Of a DNA stretch of 64,000 bases, positions 27,201-39,149 are shown piece after piece. The notes beneath the pieces were generated by a model that was not told the origin of the DNA, did not search any database, and was given only the letters and a program-made list of their open reading frames with translations. The position numbers were made by a program, and so were the translations under genes. Origin of the DNA: Blasia pusilla (Eukaryota); NCBI GenBank assembly GCA_050084515.1, contig CM114271.1, positions 5,704,001 through 5,768,000 on the forward strand, given 5' to 3'. The stretch's first letter is position 1, and each line of letters begins with the position of its first letter.

Positions 27201-30055
27201 ACAGGCACCGATTGCCTTATCCCAGTCAAGCGTTTGATCTTCTTCATTGTGCAGCATGTGACGTTCCATGGGAGAGTGATGGTAAAAAATCGTATTGTCC
27301 CCTTTCCCTGAGTCCAAGTGTGAACTGATGGTTAGATAGCTCGGACCTCAAAGAGAGGGATTATTGGATCACTCGATCATTAATTCCATAGTAATCCACC
27401 GGTACCAAATGTTATAACCCTATACCCCGGAAAGCCTAGATAGCCTGGAGATCAAATAGACGAGTTGGAATACTCGATCATAAATTCCATGGCAATTTAC
27501 AAAGACCAATTATTATCACCTGTTCCCCAGAAAACCTCCATAGCCTGGGGATCAAAGAGGGAGTTCGGACCGCTGGATTATCAATTCCAATAGTTTTTAC
27601 CTCTTACCTAAAAGACATGCGAGTGCAGTGGTATTGAGGACATCCCAAATCCAGAAGCTTGGAGAGAGAAGGTGTCCAGGAGTCAAGTCATCTCCCAGGT
27701 TCAACAAAGCTCTTAGTTGCATTATGTTTCGTGTGAACACATGAGTAAAGAGTTCCACTGTCTGTAGAAACGGAAGAGTGTAGTGAAATACGTTTGGAAG
27801 GCACTCCACCTAACAAGAAGCGGCGATGAACACAGGAGTAATTGTTCGGCGCTCTTAATTGCTGGGTTTCTGTTCTGGTACGCCACACTCGAAGAATTAC
27901 AAGGAAAGCTGGGACATTCGTATCTACTCACACCAGACTACTGCAATGCAGGTGGGTTGATGCTGCTAGAGGCAGATCGCATTCTACGTGCAGGAGGATT
28001 CTTTGTGTGGGTTGACCCTTCAGAAGCTGGAGCTGGTATGAAAAGTACACACCAGCCATGCTTCTACTTGACCATAAACTTTTTTAATTTGGAACTGGCA
28101 CTTTCATTGTGGGTGAATTTATCAGAAGCCCAGGAAGCTGCAATGGAAAGATTAACCCTGATTGTCTAATGGGAATTGATTTCGATGACTGACACGGGCA
28201 TTTTTTACATGAAACTTGTCGCTGTGTCCTTGTGATTTGCCTGATTTCTGCTTGCGGCATCTACAGTAGAAATGAGCTGCAAATAGCCCTCCATTTTCGT
28301 TAGTTAGTCCCTGTCCAATAAGAGATAGCTTTGTATCACCACTCCAAACCCTGGATTCTCTACAACAGGAATGGCGAATCTAGCAAAGCAAATGTGCTGG
28401 GAGATGATTGGAAGACAAGGTAGAGTTTCCGTTTGGCAGAAGCCCACCAATCAAACGTGCTATTCGCTACTCCCTCTGCCAACTCTATCCATGTGTAATG
28501 ACTCAATGTCACCTGATACTTCCTGGTAAGCGTCTAATTCAATCCCGTCCTTATAGCTGGATGTGAAATAACAATTGCTTCCGCTGAAGATTGCCCTTCC
28601 AAAATGCATTCTGTATGCCAACTGTCACATGCAAATGGTTTTCATAATTGGTGGCCTCCAAATCAATGAGTTACATGTTCTGCAGGAATGTTCCATTACA
28701 AAATTGCCTTTTTGGCTTCCCAGAGTCAGGTGCAGCCATCACCGATGCTTGGCCCATGAGACTTGACTCTCCACCACCAAGACTGAAGAAAGTGCCTGCT
28801 GCAGGACTACGACGAGCCAAGGCAGAGGTCTACAAGGCAGATCTAAACTATTGGAAGCACATCCTTGACTTTTATGTGCGGGATTTCGGTGACACCCGGG
28901 TCCATGACATCCGTAACGTCCTTGACATGAACGCCGGCTATGGCGGGTACAGACCTACCTCCAGTTCTTGAGAGATATTTAGAGTCCGACCAGCAGTGGT
29001 TCCAGTAAACTACAGAGTGCAAAGTGGATAAGAGGTCCATTTTGGTATCCCTGCTATCACTATTTCAGAATCTTTGACATGTATTCGGCCAATCCACCTT
29101 GTTAGCTTTCTTCTCACCGTCTTTTCGAGGGATAAATAATGTTATTGTTGTTGATGTTATTTCCTCTGGAGACATCATAATACTCACAATCTCATCTCCT
29201 GAGTTGCAGGTTTGCAGCTGCTGTTTCGTTGATGAAGCCAGCCCTGCAGTGGTGGGTGTTGAATGTCGTGCCTATCGACAAGCCTGATCGGATTGCTGTC
29301 ATTTTTGATAGAGGTCTCCTCGGAGTGTACCATGACTGGTCTGCCATCCATCTCTATTCCCAGTGCTGCAAACTCCGAAACAAACTTTTGTGTCCATCTT
29401 CTAGTAGAGGTCTTGTCCCTAGTCACCTTAAAAGGATATTCAAAACAGGCAGATACTTGAGGATGATTGACTACTGAATTCGTCCAACTAATGACACGCC
29501 AACAGGTCATGTTGGCGTGTCATTAGTTGGAGGAAGAAGAGGAATGTAGTAACTAATGTTTTGGCACGTTACTTGGTGATCAAAACAGGTGCGAGGCCCT
29601 GGATCTTCATCCCAGATCGTTTGACTTAGTACATTCATCTGGACTTTTCTCTTCTAAACGGAGGTAAGCTAAATCCAATTCATGGAGATCTGGCCAAACA
29701 GAAAGTACTCACATAGGAGAGTAGACCAGTTACTGACGCACACAATTCCAACGGAAAGGTACCAGTGAACAGCGTACAATATTGTGGTATCTCTCCAAGT
29801 GGTTCTTGTCAGGATGTTCCTCATTTCTATGGTACTGTTTGCAGCAGCTGCAGGATGGTGGACATAGTCCAGGAGATGGACCGCTTGTTACGACCAGGGG
29901 GGTTCGCCCTGATTCGAGACCAGAGGCGGGTGCTACTCCGAGTCCAAATTATTGCCTCAACTTTTCACTGGAAGACATCAATAGATAACACTGAGAGTGG
30001 ACCTGAAGGAAAAGATAAGGTGCTCAATTGCCAAAAGAGATTCTGGCAAAGTTAG
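24248..30055 (+). CDS. Probable SAM-dependent methyltransferase, DUF248/PMT family (type II membrane). Exons 24248-24865, 25142-25291, 27011-27281, 27952-28035, 28369-28525, 28686-28946, 29210-29338, 29589-29663, 29845/29848-30055
   Basis: N-terminal TM segment; motifs VLDMGCGAG, RLPYPSQAFDLLHC, LLEADRILRAGGFF, IRNVLDMNAGYGGFAAA, DRGLLGVYHDWCE, EMDRLLRPGG; all introns GT-AG with frame continuity. Confidence 0.93.
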
Positions 30056-31018
30056 GATAGAAAAGGGAACGGCATGCCTTGCAGGGTGAAGGAGAGTAAA
30101 AATTCTCACTTGAAGTTGGCCCTCTCGATATATGTCCTTCTACCTGGGCATACATGCACAAAATCCGAACTATAACATTAAGATGGAAATATATATTCCT
30201 TTGCTTTCCGACAGTTCTTGAAAGAACTGGGGCCTCCCCCTATTTCTGATGAGTACTCCCTGCATTCTTGCTCTTATCCAACAGGTGCAAACCCTCCCCT
30301 ACATTCTTGACTTTGATCCAATATAAGGCAAACTTCCCCAAGCCGGACATCTGCTTCTCACAGAGGTAGTTTCAACAATATCTGTCGTTCAGTCAAGACA
30401 AATTCGCTGGGAAAGAAAAGGTTAACAATTAACTTCTTTTGCAAACCAATTATGAATGCAAACCGGTTATGAAATTGGATCCTACCCGCCGGAGAAGATG
30501 GACCTACTAGAACTGGAGAAAAGCATGGTTATAAATTGCCGAAAAATGTTCAAACAAACCTCAATGATATGTGGCCACACAAGATTAACAATTTCTGGCT
30601 ACGTGAATCAATGATTTGTGTGGCCACAAATCATTGACTCATGCAGCCAGAAATTGTTAACCAAATTATATTCACAATGTCTAATCACCACCTTGCCATC
30701 TGTTCATTGCCTGCACTTACTAAGCTCACTCCACAACTACTGAATGTCTGATCCATATTCTAGTTTCGTTCCACTGGGTTAAACATTCCACTCCCAGACA
30801 GGTCTGATACAAATATACAATAAACTGGTATATACATGTGAGTGAGTGATTCCAACATGGCAGTGACATCTCCGGGCACTACTATACCCCACAACCCTAG
30901 AATAATAGGACAAGTCTTTCAAGCTATCTAGCCCTGTTAAGAAATATGCCTTTCCCACTAGTCTCTGCACTGGCTTATGTGATCATATCGTCCACCATGG
31001 GTAAGCTTCTATTCGGCA

Positions 31019-33341
31019 TTACAAAGCTGCCTCTTCCTCTGGTCTCATGAACTTGGTATATTCCTGCTGCTGCATTTCACCACCTTGGACTGGATCAAAT
31101 GCACATTTATAGAAACTGCAAAGACAAGGTACCACTGTCAGTATTTGTTCAGAGTCCAATTTGTTACAAAATTATCATCTCCACCATCCTGACTCAACAC
31201 GCACACTGATTCTTCTCAGAATGCTGCAATGTAGTAAAGTCTGTTAACAATATGTCCTCTTTTGAGATGTATACGACAGCATAGACCACTCTTTGAGAAG
31301 AAAGTCATACCTGCCATCTGAGCCAACAATGATAAGCGTGTCTTTCTGAGGTCCAAATGCCACAATGGCCTTTGTCTCTTCAGGGAGCCGATACTGGGCA
31401 AATGACCATTCTGAACTGAAGTACTTTGGCAGAACTCCTGAGTAGAAGTACATGAAACATGTGTTAGACCATTTCGCACATGAGGTATTCTTGACTGCTC
31501 TACTCCACAGCAGGTGGAAAGTGGTCATATAGATGAGGGTGTTATGGGCATTTCCAGAACAAGATGTCTTCCAAAACTGAACGAACAAGACAAGACCACA
31601 ACAGGGTAGATATGAGCTGTTGAATGGCACCTTTCATGAATGAAAACGAAGAGCCAGGATTTCCAGTGGCAAGTGGGCTGGATCCTGCCACTGGGCTTCC
31701 ACTTCCATTGCCATTCCCATTTCCAATCATAGGAGCTTTTGCATTCACTGGAGTTGCTGAAATTTTGTTCCCAGGAATGAATTTGTTCTTAGTATTTCCC
31801 TGCACATCTGCCTGGGTATCTGTACCTCGCAAGTCATCAGTACTGGCACCTGACCGCAGACTGAACACGTGAACAGTTCCTTTATCGCTTGAAAGAGCCA
31901 GCCATGAGGCGTTGGAAGAGAAAGCAAGACTATAAATCTCAGCTCTATCTGCACCTCGTCGCAGCTGCATAATAATAGTCCCAAGTCTGGGTCAGGAACA
32001 TGAAATGATACGCCCTAATTGATTCACCCATCTTGCATCTTACAGGCAAACTGCCCTAAATCACCCAAGTACTTTCTAATGATGCAGAATTGTGAATCAA
32101 CTGTGCAGGAGCTGCGTGTTTCTCTTGAGGCATAGTGTGAATGCCCTCAAGAGTCTCCTGATTCCAGTGGACAGTCGGTACTCAACGAAAGATGTAATAT
32201 GAATGAAGGTGATACCTCCAGACAGTATCTTCAAAACATATGATCTAACCCTCAGGACGGATCTCATGAGAAGTCAGATGAACACTCAGAGAGACACATA
32301 AAGGGAGAGGGGATTCAAGAAAACACAGAACCTCCTTTAGAAAACTTGCGATCAAACGCCTGTTTCTAGATAAATTTCTAGGGTTCGAATCGATTTTCAA
32401 CAAGTATGGTACAGACGGCATGCTCGACAACATGTGACGATACTGAAGAAACACTCACCTCCTGCAGCCGAGTGCCATCCAGTGTGTTAAAAACACGGAT
32501 CAAAGTGCCTTTAATGCTGGCGGTTGCAAGAATACGGCCATCCCATGTAAGTGCGAAGCAAGCCAAATGGGTTTCGTGGGCTGGGATAAACTTGGTCTTC
32601 TTCATCCCGTAATGCTCGACTCGCACCTGCCCTCGATGTAGACCTGGGCACGCAAGTACAGAAGGTGTAGAAGCCGGGGAAAGAGCACACAGACCCTTGG
32701 GATTTACCATGGTCTCAATTTGATGTAGCAGCTTCAAATCCGCGAAATTGTAAACATAGATCTTGTGTTCCAAAACCACCACAATCCGGTCCCGTCGTAG
32801 TCGAACAGCGCGTATATCCGACCGGAAAGACAATTCCCCTATACAGCGGCTTTGATGATCATCCCAGATCATGACCTTATTAGGAGGGTAACGGGGAGTG
32901 CTGCCGCCCCCGACAATGGCCAAAATATTGCATCGAAAAAGCATTTCCACCAGTCCGATTCCTCCATTTTTGAACTCTCGGCGAAAAGTTTCCTTGAAAG
33001 GTTCACAATTGTAGATACGGAAACCAGTGTCAGTCCCACAAGCGAAAGCATCCGTAGTCCTGATTGAAACCCACGGACAGGAGATTATTGTTCTGCGCAA
33101 CTGGTTCCCCGTCAACGACAGGAGGTGCTGTGGAGATCACTGCAGAGGGAACGGGAGGTTTGATACCGGCGGTGGCAGTTGCAGTGGCTTTGGCAGCACT
33201 CGGAGAAGTTGGTTGGTAAGGATCACTGGACGTCGGCGACCAGAAAGAAGGGTTCGAGTAACCAGAGAGCGGACTCGAAGGCAGGGATGCACTGTCAGGT
33301 ATCGTAATTATGGTCGGTAATTTCGGAGATACAACTGCCAT
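31019..33341 (-). CDS. ATG18: Autophagy protein ATG18 (PROPPIN WD40, ATG18a-like). Exons 33341-32459, 31964-31631, 31437-31311, 31115-31019; +1 frameshift at ~33046
   Basis: [52 protein letters not shown] phosphoinositide motif, [23 protein letters not shown]; canonical splice sites. Confidence 0.93.
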
Positions 33342-36099
33342 TTAGAGCAAACAAGCTGATGCCAGGAAGAGTTCCATACACCGAAAAGAATTCCAACTCC
33401 GATGCAGAAACACCGGCTCCCTCTAATCCCCTCCCAACACAACGGGAAATGTCCCCCCCCCCCTCAACTCAACCTGCTCCCTTCCTCCCTACTCTACCCT
33501 ACTTATCACTCACTCGACCAAATAAACCAGTTCCTCGTGCTTCTCCTTCTTCCGGCGAAATCCGCCTTCTTGTGCACCTCCTCTGCCCCTTCCCTTCACC
33601 TTCGCCGATTCGATCTCAACAGCGAAAACTCCACGATCCCCAGTCCTTAGTCCTCGACTGCCGCAAAGGCCGAAACCCTCCCCCCCCCCCCGCCCCCCTC
33701 CAATCCGCTGCGCCACCACCACCACCACAACCATAGACAGTAGACCCAAGCGCACTTCCCTCTCCCCCTCTATCTCTCTCTATCTCTCTCTTTTGTGTGT
33801 CCCAATTCATGCAACGCACAATGAACCACCTCAACCCCCGGAAATACCACCACCACCACACCCCCAATCTACACTGTGCTGCTGCAGTCGCCAATTTGTT
33901 CCTCCGTACTCTCGCTCGCTTTTCCTCGACAGCGATCAGGTGACAGAAACGACCCTTCCTCCTTCCCCTCCTCCCACCCCCTCTTGTCTGTCTCACTCCG
34001 GAGCTTCCTCCACTCCCCTGCTCCTCGCTCTCTTCTGTGTTCCGTTTCTCCAGTGATGTCCGCTGTCCCCCCGGTGGACGGATGGAGACGGACTTCCTCT
34101 TTTCTGTTCTTTCCTGTTCTTTCCTTTGCTTTCCTTTCCCTCCTTTCCTTTTCTTTCCTTCCCTGTTCGCGTCTGCCTTCGGTTACCGGGCAGCTCCTCT
34201 CGCCAGACCTTTCCTCTCTTTTTTTGTTGTTGTTGTGTGTTTCGTTTCGGTCACCGGGCAGCTCCTCTCGTCGTGAGTGTGGGGGTGGGGGGGAAAGAGC
34301 GCCCGTTACAGGAGCCACGTCATCAACGGACGCAACCACGCACGAGCGCTCGGGTACTGGAAGGGTATGGGCGCTACGATCGGAGTTATCGACGGCACAC
34401 GTGGAGGCTCTCGCGCTTCATCACAGCGGCCGCCTCATCCCCGATTCCCCGCGCTGGGAGAGGAGCAGGAGAGAGACGGCGTAGCAGCAGCAGCAGCAGT
34501 AGTAGTGCGTGAGACAGCGTTGCCTACCGTCAGTCCTCACATCCACGTTTCTTTCCCGTCACGGCGCAGGCGCAGCTTGTCTCGAACGGCGCTCCCCTGT
34601 CCGGAGAGGAGGTGAGCTCTCACGAGAGTACGTTCGACGCTAGCTAAAAACCGATTAGCATTTTAGTGTACACTAGTCACATAAATTTTAAATTTTAAAA
34701 AATATTCATTATCTAAATTAAAATTAAATTAATTCTAACATCGATTAAAGTCGCTCCTCACCTTCCGACTCAACTAAACCCATTTCTCTTCCCCATTTCA
34801 AGAACCATTATCTCATTTCCAAAATAATCTCCAAAATTAAAATCCTTTTCGAATTTTCAACTTCTACTTTTCCTTCCAAAAATACTGCTCTCCCAAAACC
34901 CACAATTTTATTAGATTCACTTTCCCAATCCAAATCGTTACCCCTAAAAAATTCTTAAATATTATTCTATTTTGAAACATAAGGTAAAATCCGCTATTAT
35001 AATGACAAGAAAAACTAACAGTTTCTTCTCCCTCTGACTTCACTCCAACTAGAGGCGAAAATTAGGGAGTATGGTACCTGAGGAAGGAGTGGTGGCAGTA
35101 GTCACGACGAAAATATGACGGCGTCAAATCTCGCGTTCGCCGGTATCCGACGGAAGAGGATATTCGGAACTTAACGTGTACGTATCCGGTGCTCTTGTAC
35201 CGAATTTTTCCTAGTTACAGCTACACCTACATTAGTTGCAGCTACTCGGAGCGAAAGATAGCGGCACTATCTTGCGTAAGAGGGAAGTTGACTTGGGCGT
35301 GTAAAATTCGTACACATGTTTTTCGTCCACATCTATTCATTTGTTCGTGTCCTGCACGATTAATATTTTATTAAAAATAGGATCTTTTTAAGATATTTCT
35401 TTGGTTATGAAACTTTTTTAATTTATTTACATTATAGCAAGACTAAATAGTAAAACATTACATTTTTTTCAACCCAAATTTTTAAAAAAATTGCTTAATT
35501 AAAATTTGAAATAATATTTGGACCGGTTATCAATTCGAATTAGCATTCCCCCATATCACAGACTATTCATCCCAAGTTTTGGCATCTTATTAATAATTTC
35601 TTGTTTGGATATTTATTCCTTTCTATGCATGGCAAGTATTTTACATCCTCTCTTGCTTAATATCAAAATTCTTATACAACATTAAATAGAATTTTAAAAA
35701 AATTATTAAAACTACTTCCCATCCCCTAATGAGAGTTTCTTTGTTATTTCTCCTCTACTCTTCTATTAAAAGTTAAAACACTCAAGAAAACACTCGATGA
35801 GAGAGCAATCTTGTATTGAAAATTTTTCATTTTTCATTTTTCCTCCCCTATATTAAATTGAACAGTGTCTCTCATCTCCTTCCCTATTAAAAAATAAATA
35901 TTTTTAGTCTTAATGATAATGAATGAACTAGTAAAAAAAATTATAAAAATGTAAGTTTAAGTGAATCAATCAAAAGAAGGCACATACAATGCTTTTTACC
36001 AAATGTCAAACAAATTGAACTTATAGAATAAGGGATACTTATTTCTTTTCATCTTATCCCCCTTCTCCTCCTTTTGTGTTATACATGGGTTTATCAATG

Positions 36100-37712
36100 G
36101 GTCCTAGTCGAGGGAGTCTAATCTCTAGTCATGGATTGAGTACATCTCCTCGGATGGTAGTGTTGTTTCCTCAAGTCTAGAGGTAGCCACGATGGAGATA
36201 ATGTCTCTTTTTGGGGACGTGAATACATATGGAGTCGTCAACATCGGTTAAGTCAAGCAATTGAGCGTGCACTTTTCACCCATGGTGTCATCCTATTGGA
36301 TAGTACCAAAGGGGTATTTTGTTGGTTAGGCCCTCTAGTATGATGTAACAACCAAAATGTGTGCTCTTGGACTCTAGAGCACAACCCTTGATGTTGGGTA
36401 GAGTTACGGTCTCGGGATTGGGATTGCAAAAGTCCAAATTGGGGAGACACCCATTTTAGATTCAAACGGCACTTTGTCATTCTAGTGTGCCGCAATTCAT
36501 GTGGCGTTAAGAGTTGATAGTGAGGGTAAAGCCAAAACATCCTAGGAATGGTTCGATTGTGAGGGGCCAGTCGAGCAATCGGCATGGAGTTGTGTAAAAT
36601 GTTAGTTGGCAGTGTTGTATAATATCCCATTGGATTTAAGTAAGACTCTTGGGAGAAGTCAACCTCATATTGTTTGGATTTCTAGTCATGTGGTGGTCGT
36701 GTCAAATTTTTGCCAATGTATGTGATTGGAAATGTTAGTGGAGTATAGTGGGATCCGATGGCGAGTGTTGCAACTTACTCTTCAACGGTGAGTGGGGTTA
36801 GCAAGCAACCTATAGGAGGACCAACCACTCGTCGATGATGTGTTAGACAGTGAGGATAATATTGGAATGATGCCATGTGTGAATTGGGGACCAATAGTGG
36901 ACCTAAGTGAGTTTTTGTAGCAAGCGAGCATCCAACCCTTTCATCTTAGCATAAAAAAATTTGCATATTACTTTTGATTGTTGTTGACTATCTCAGTTCG
37001 GAGGGACTCAACTATTATGTAAGGTTGGTTTTCTAGACTCTTTATGTCATGATGTATTTACGGATGTGATGTGGTTGAGTTATGTGTTGTTTTGGTATTA
37101 TGTTTGTGTGTGCATGACAACGATGTTGTATAGTAAAATGATTCAACATATATATTTCATTCTTGTAAGTGTTTGAGAGAGTTTATATAAGTGTTTTCAA
37201 TGAGTGATTATTTTAGGAAAATAAATTTTTATGTTAAACCTTTTAAGAATACATCATCTATGTGTGCCAAACTGTAGAAAAATAGGTCATAAATGAGATA
37301 TGGAAAACATACAAATAAAATAGTGGGTTGGTATATGAAAATAAAACTAAAGTAGTCGTGGTTAGTGAATTAAAACCTCCTCGATTATGTTTCAATATCA
37401 GTTATTCCATTTTTCTAGTGTATAAACGTAAATTGGGTTATAAAGAAATTTATAAACACCAAAACTTCATAGTTAGAAATTTTGGGATTTTGTGCTACGA
37501 AAAAATAATAGCCTTGGTACAACCATTTATGATCCCTATCAGTAGATAATGGAGAGTGTATGTCATGCTTCTATATTACATAGGAAGAAAACTTGTTACA
37601 TAGTTCATTTTACATCAAAAATTGCTCCATCTAAAAGATTCACTCTAACTCAAATAAAGGTTCTAGACACGACAATGATATATGTTGTGTAACGAGGTGT
37701 TAACGCATAACA
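36100..37712 (+). mobile_element. Internally deleted member of the split-repeat Gypsy group (protease remnant + 3' end with a single B repeat)
   Basis: VLLDSRAQPLMLG protease motif at ~36360-36400. 36920-37010 resembles 1410-1510. The B-like segment continues across the solo-LTR insertion and ends gcataaCA at 37712. Confidence 0.7.
37124..37674 (+). mobile_element. Degenerate solo LTR (same family as 59267-60546)
   Basis: TGTTGTATAGTAAAA...GACACGACA ends; flanks ACGA/ATGA (4-bp TSD, one transition). Confidence 0.8.
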
Positions 37713-39149
37713 AACATAAATGTTGTGATATATATCAAGGTATTTATATTGAAGAGAGAGTATGTAATAGGCCTCAGTAGGGACGCTATATGTGTAGCTA
37801 GGTATAAGGAGGCCAAGAGAAACCTTCCTTGTAGACATGTATATAAAGATCATCTTGTGGGAGATTTCTTGGTTATATCCCAAGGGGAGGCTTGGAAGGG
37901 CTCATCTTTCCACAATTGAGCCTTCGATTTCCAAGCAAAGTCTAAGGCAGGGTATTGCCATCATACATTATACATGGATTCCCTCATTTTCAAGATAGAT
38001 TTGGTTGATTTTTTATTTATTGTGAGAGGACCTCTATACCGTTAAATCTCCTTAAACAACAAATTGAATCTCCCAAGTGCAAGTGTGGACTTAACAATCA
38101 ACATTGATGTGTATCGCCATATCTAGTATTTAATCATTGATCTAAGTACAGATCAACATACTAATAGTCAATCAAATTTCATCAATTAATTCATAATGAG
38201 ATGGCAAATTTTCGGGTAAGTCAGAATCCCATGCTCAACACACCATAACATCTATAGGAAAACTACGAGATGAAAAATCATGAAAAAACCCATTAAAACT
38301 CTTTAATTAGAACAAATCCATAATTAATCAAAAAATAAGCAAAAGTAGATAGGTAAGTAAATTGCAAACCGGCCATTTGCAAGTTGGGTAGAATTTTTTT
38401 TTTATGGATAGGCCAATCCACCACGTAATTCCATGAATTATATGTAGGTTACTTTGCATTGTATAATAGGAAAATGACACAATTGGTATTGAACCTCACA
38501 TACACATACTTTATTGCTACTCCTATGATAGGTTGTTACCAAAGAATCCTATTAATAAATGGATAGTAGTTCCGTACCCCTTTTCAAAGAAAAATTCAGA
38601 AAGCATAAATACAATATCTCCACCAAGGCTCTCCAACGAGGCAACTTCACTTCCCATCTTCACACGACGAGTTCTCCCTTCCCCACTCACTTTTTCTAAG
38701 TAAAATCAAGTAAAAAAATGACACACTTGGCCAATTCCACCTTCAAACCAATATGCGGATCGGGTTTGGGTTTTTTAAGAGTTTTTGGGAAGACAGTTCA
38801 GAGAATATAGTGGGAAGAAACTGGGCAAAGAGTAACACGGTGAGAAGAAACGAGGGTTAGAGCTCCGGGTTTCCTGAGGCAACACAATGAAGAAAAAAAT
38901 AACCCAAGAGCGAGAAGCTGAAGACGGTGTGAATAATGGTCCCATGGGAAAAGCATTAATACTAACACGAGGCAATTATTGATTGGGAAAAGACAAAAAT
39001 TATCTTAATCCATCCGACGTGCCAAAACTTCAAATCAGAGGGTTGAGAATAATGTAGAATAACTTGTATTCAGCAGGCTCTACACTCCAACTCACATGTT
39101 TTAGGGGCCATAAATACCTAATTTTATGAAGTCACATCTATCCTAGCCT

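Noticed and set aside
33359-34615. Several overlapping 80-200 aa ORFs
   Set aside because: Low-complexity GC/GA-rich ATG18 leader/promoter region with no recognisable domains.
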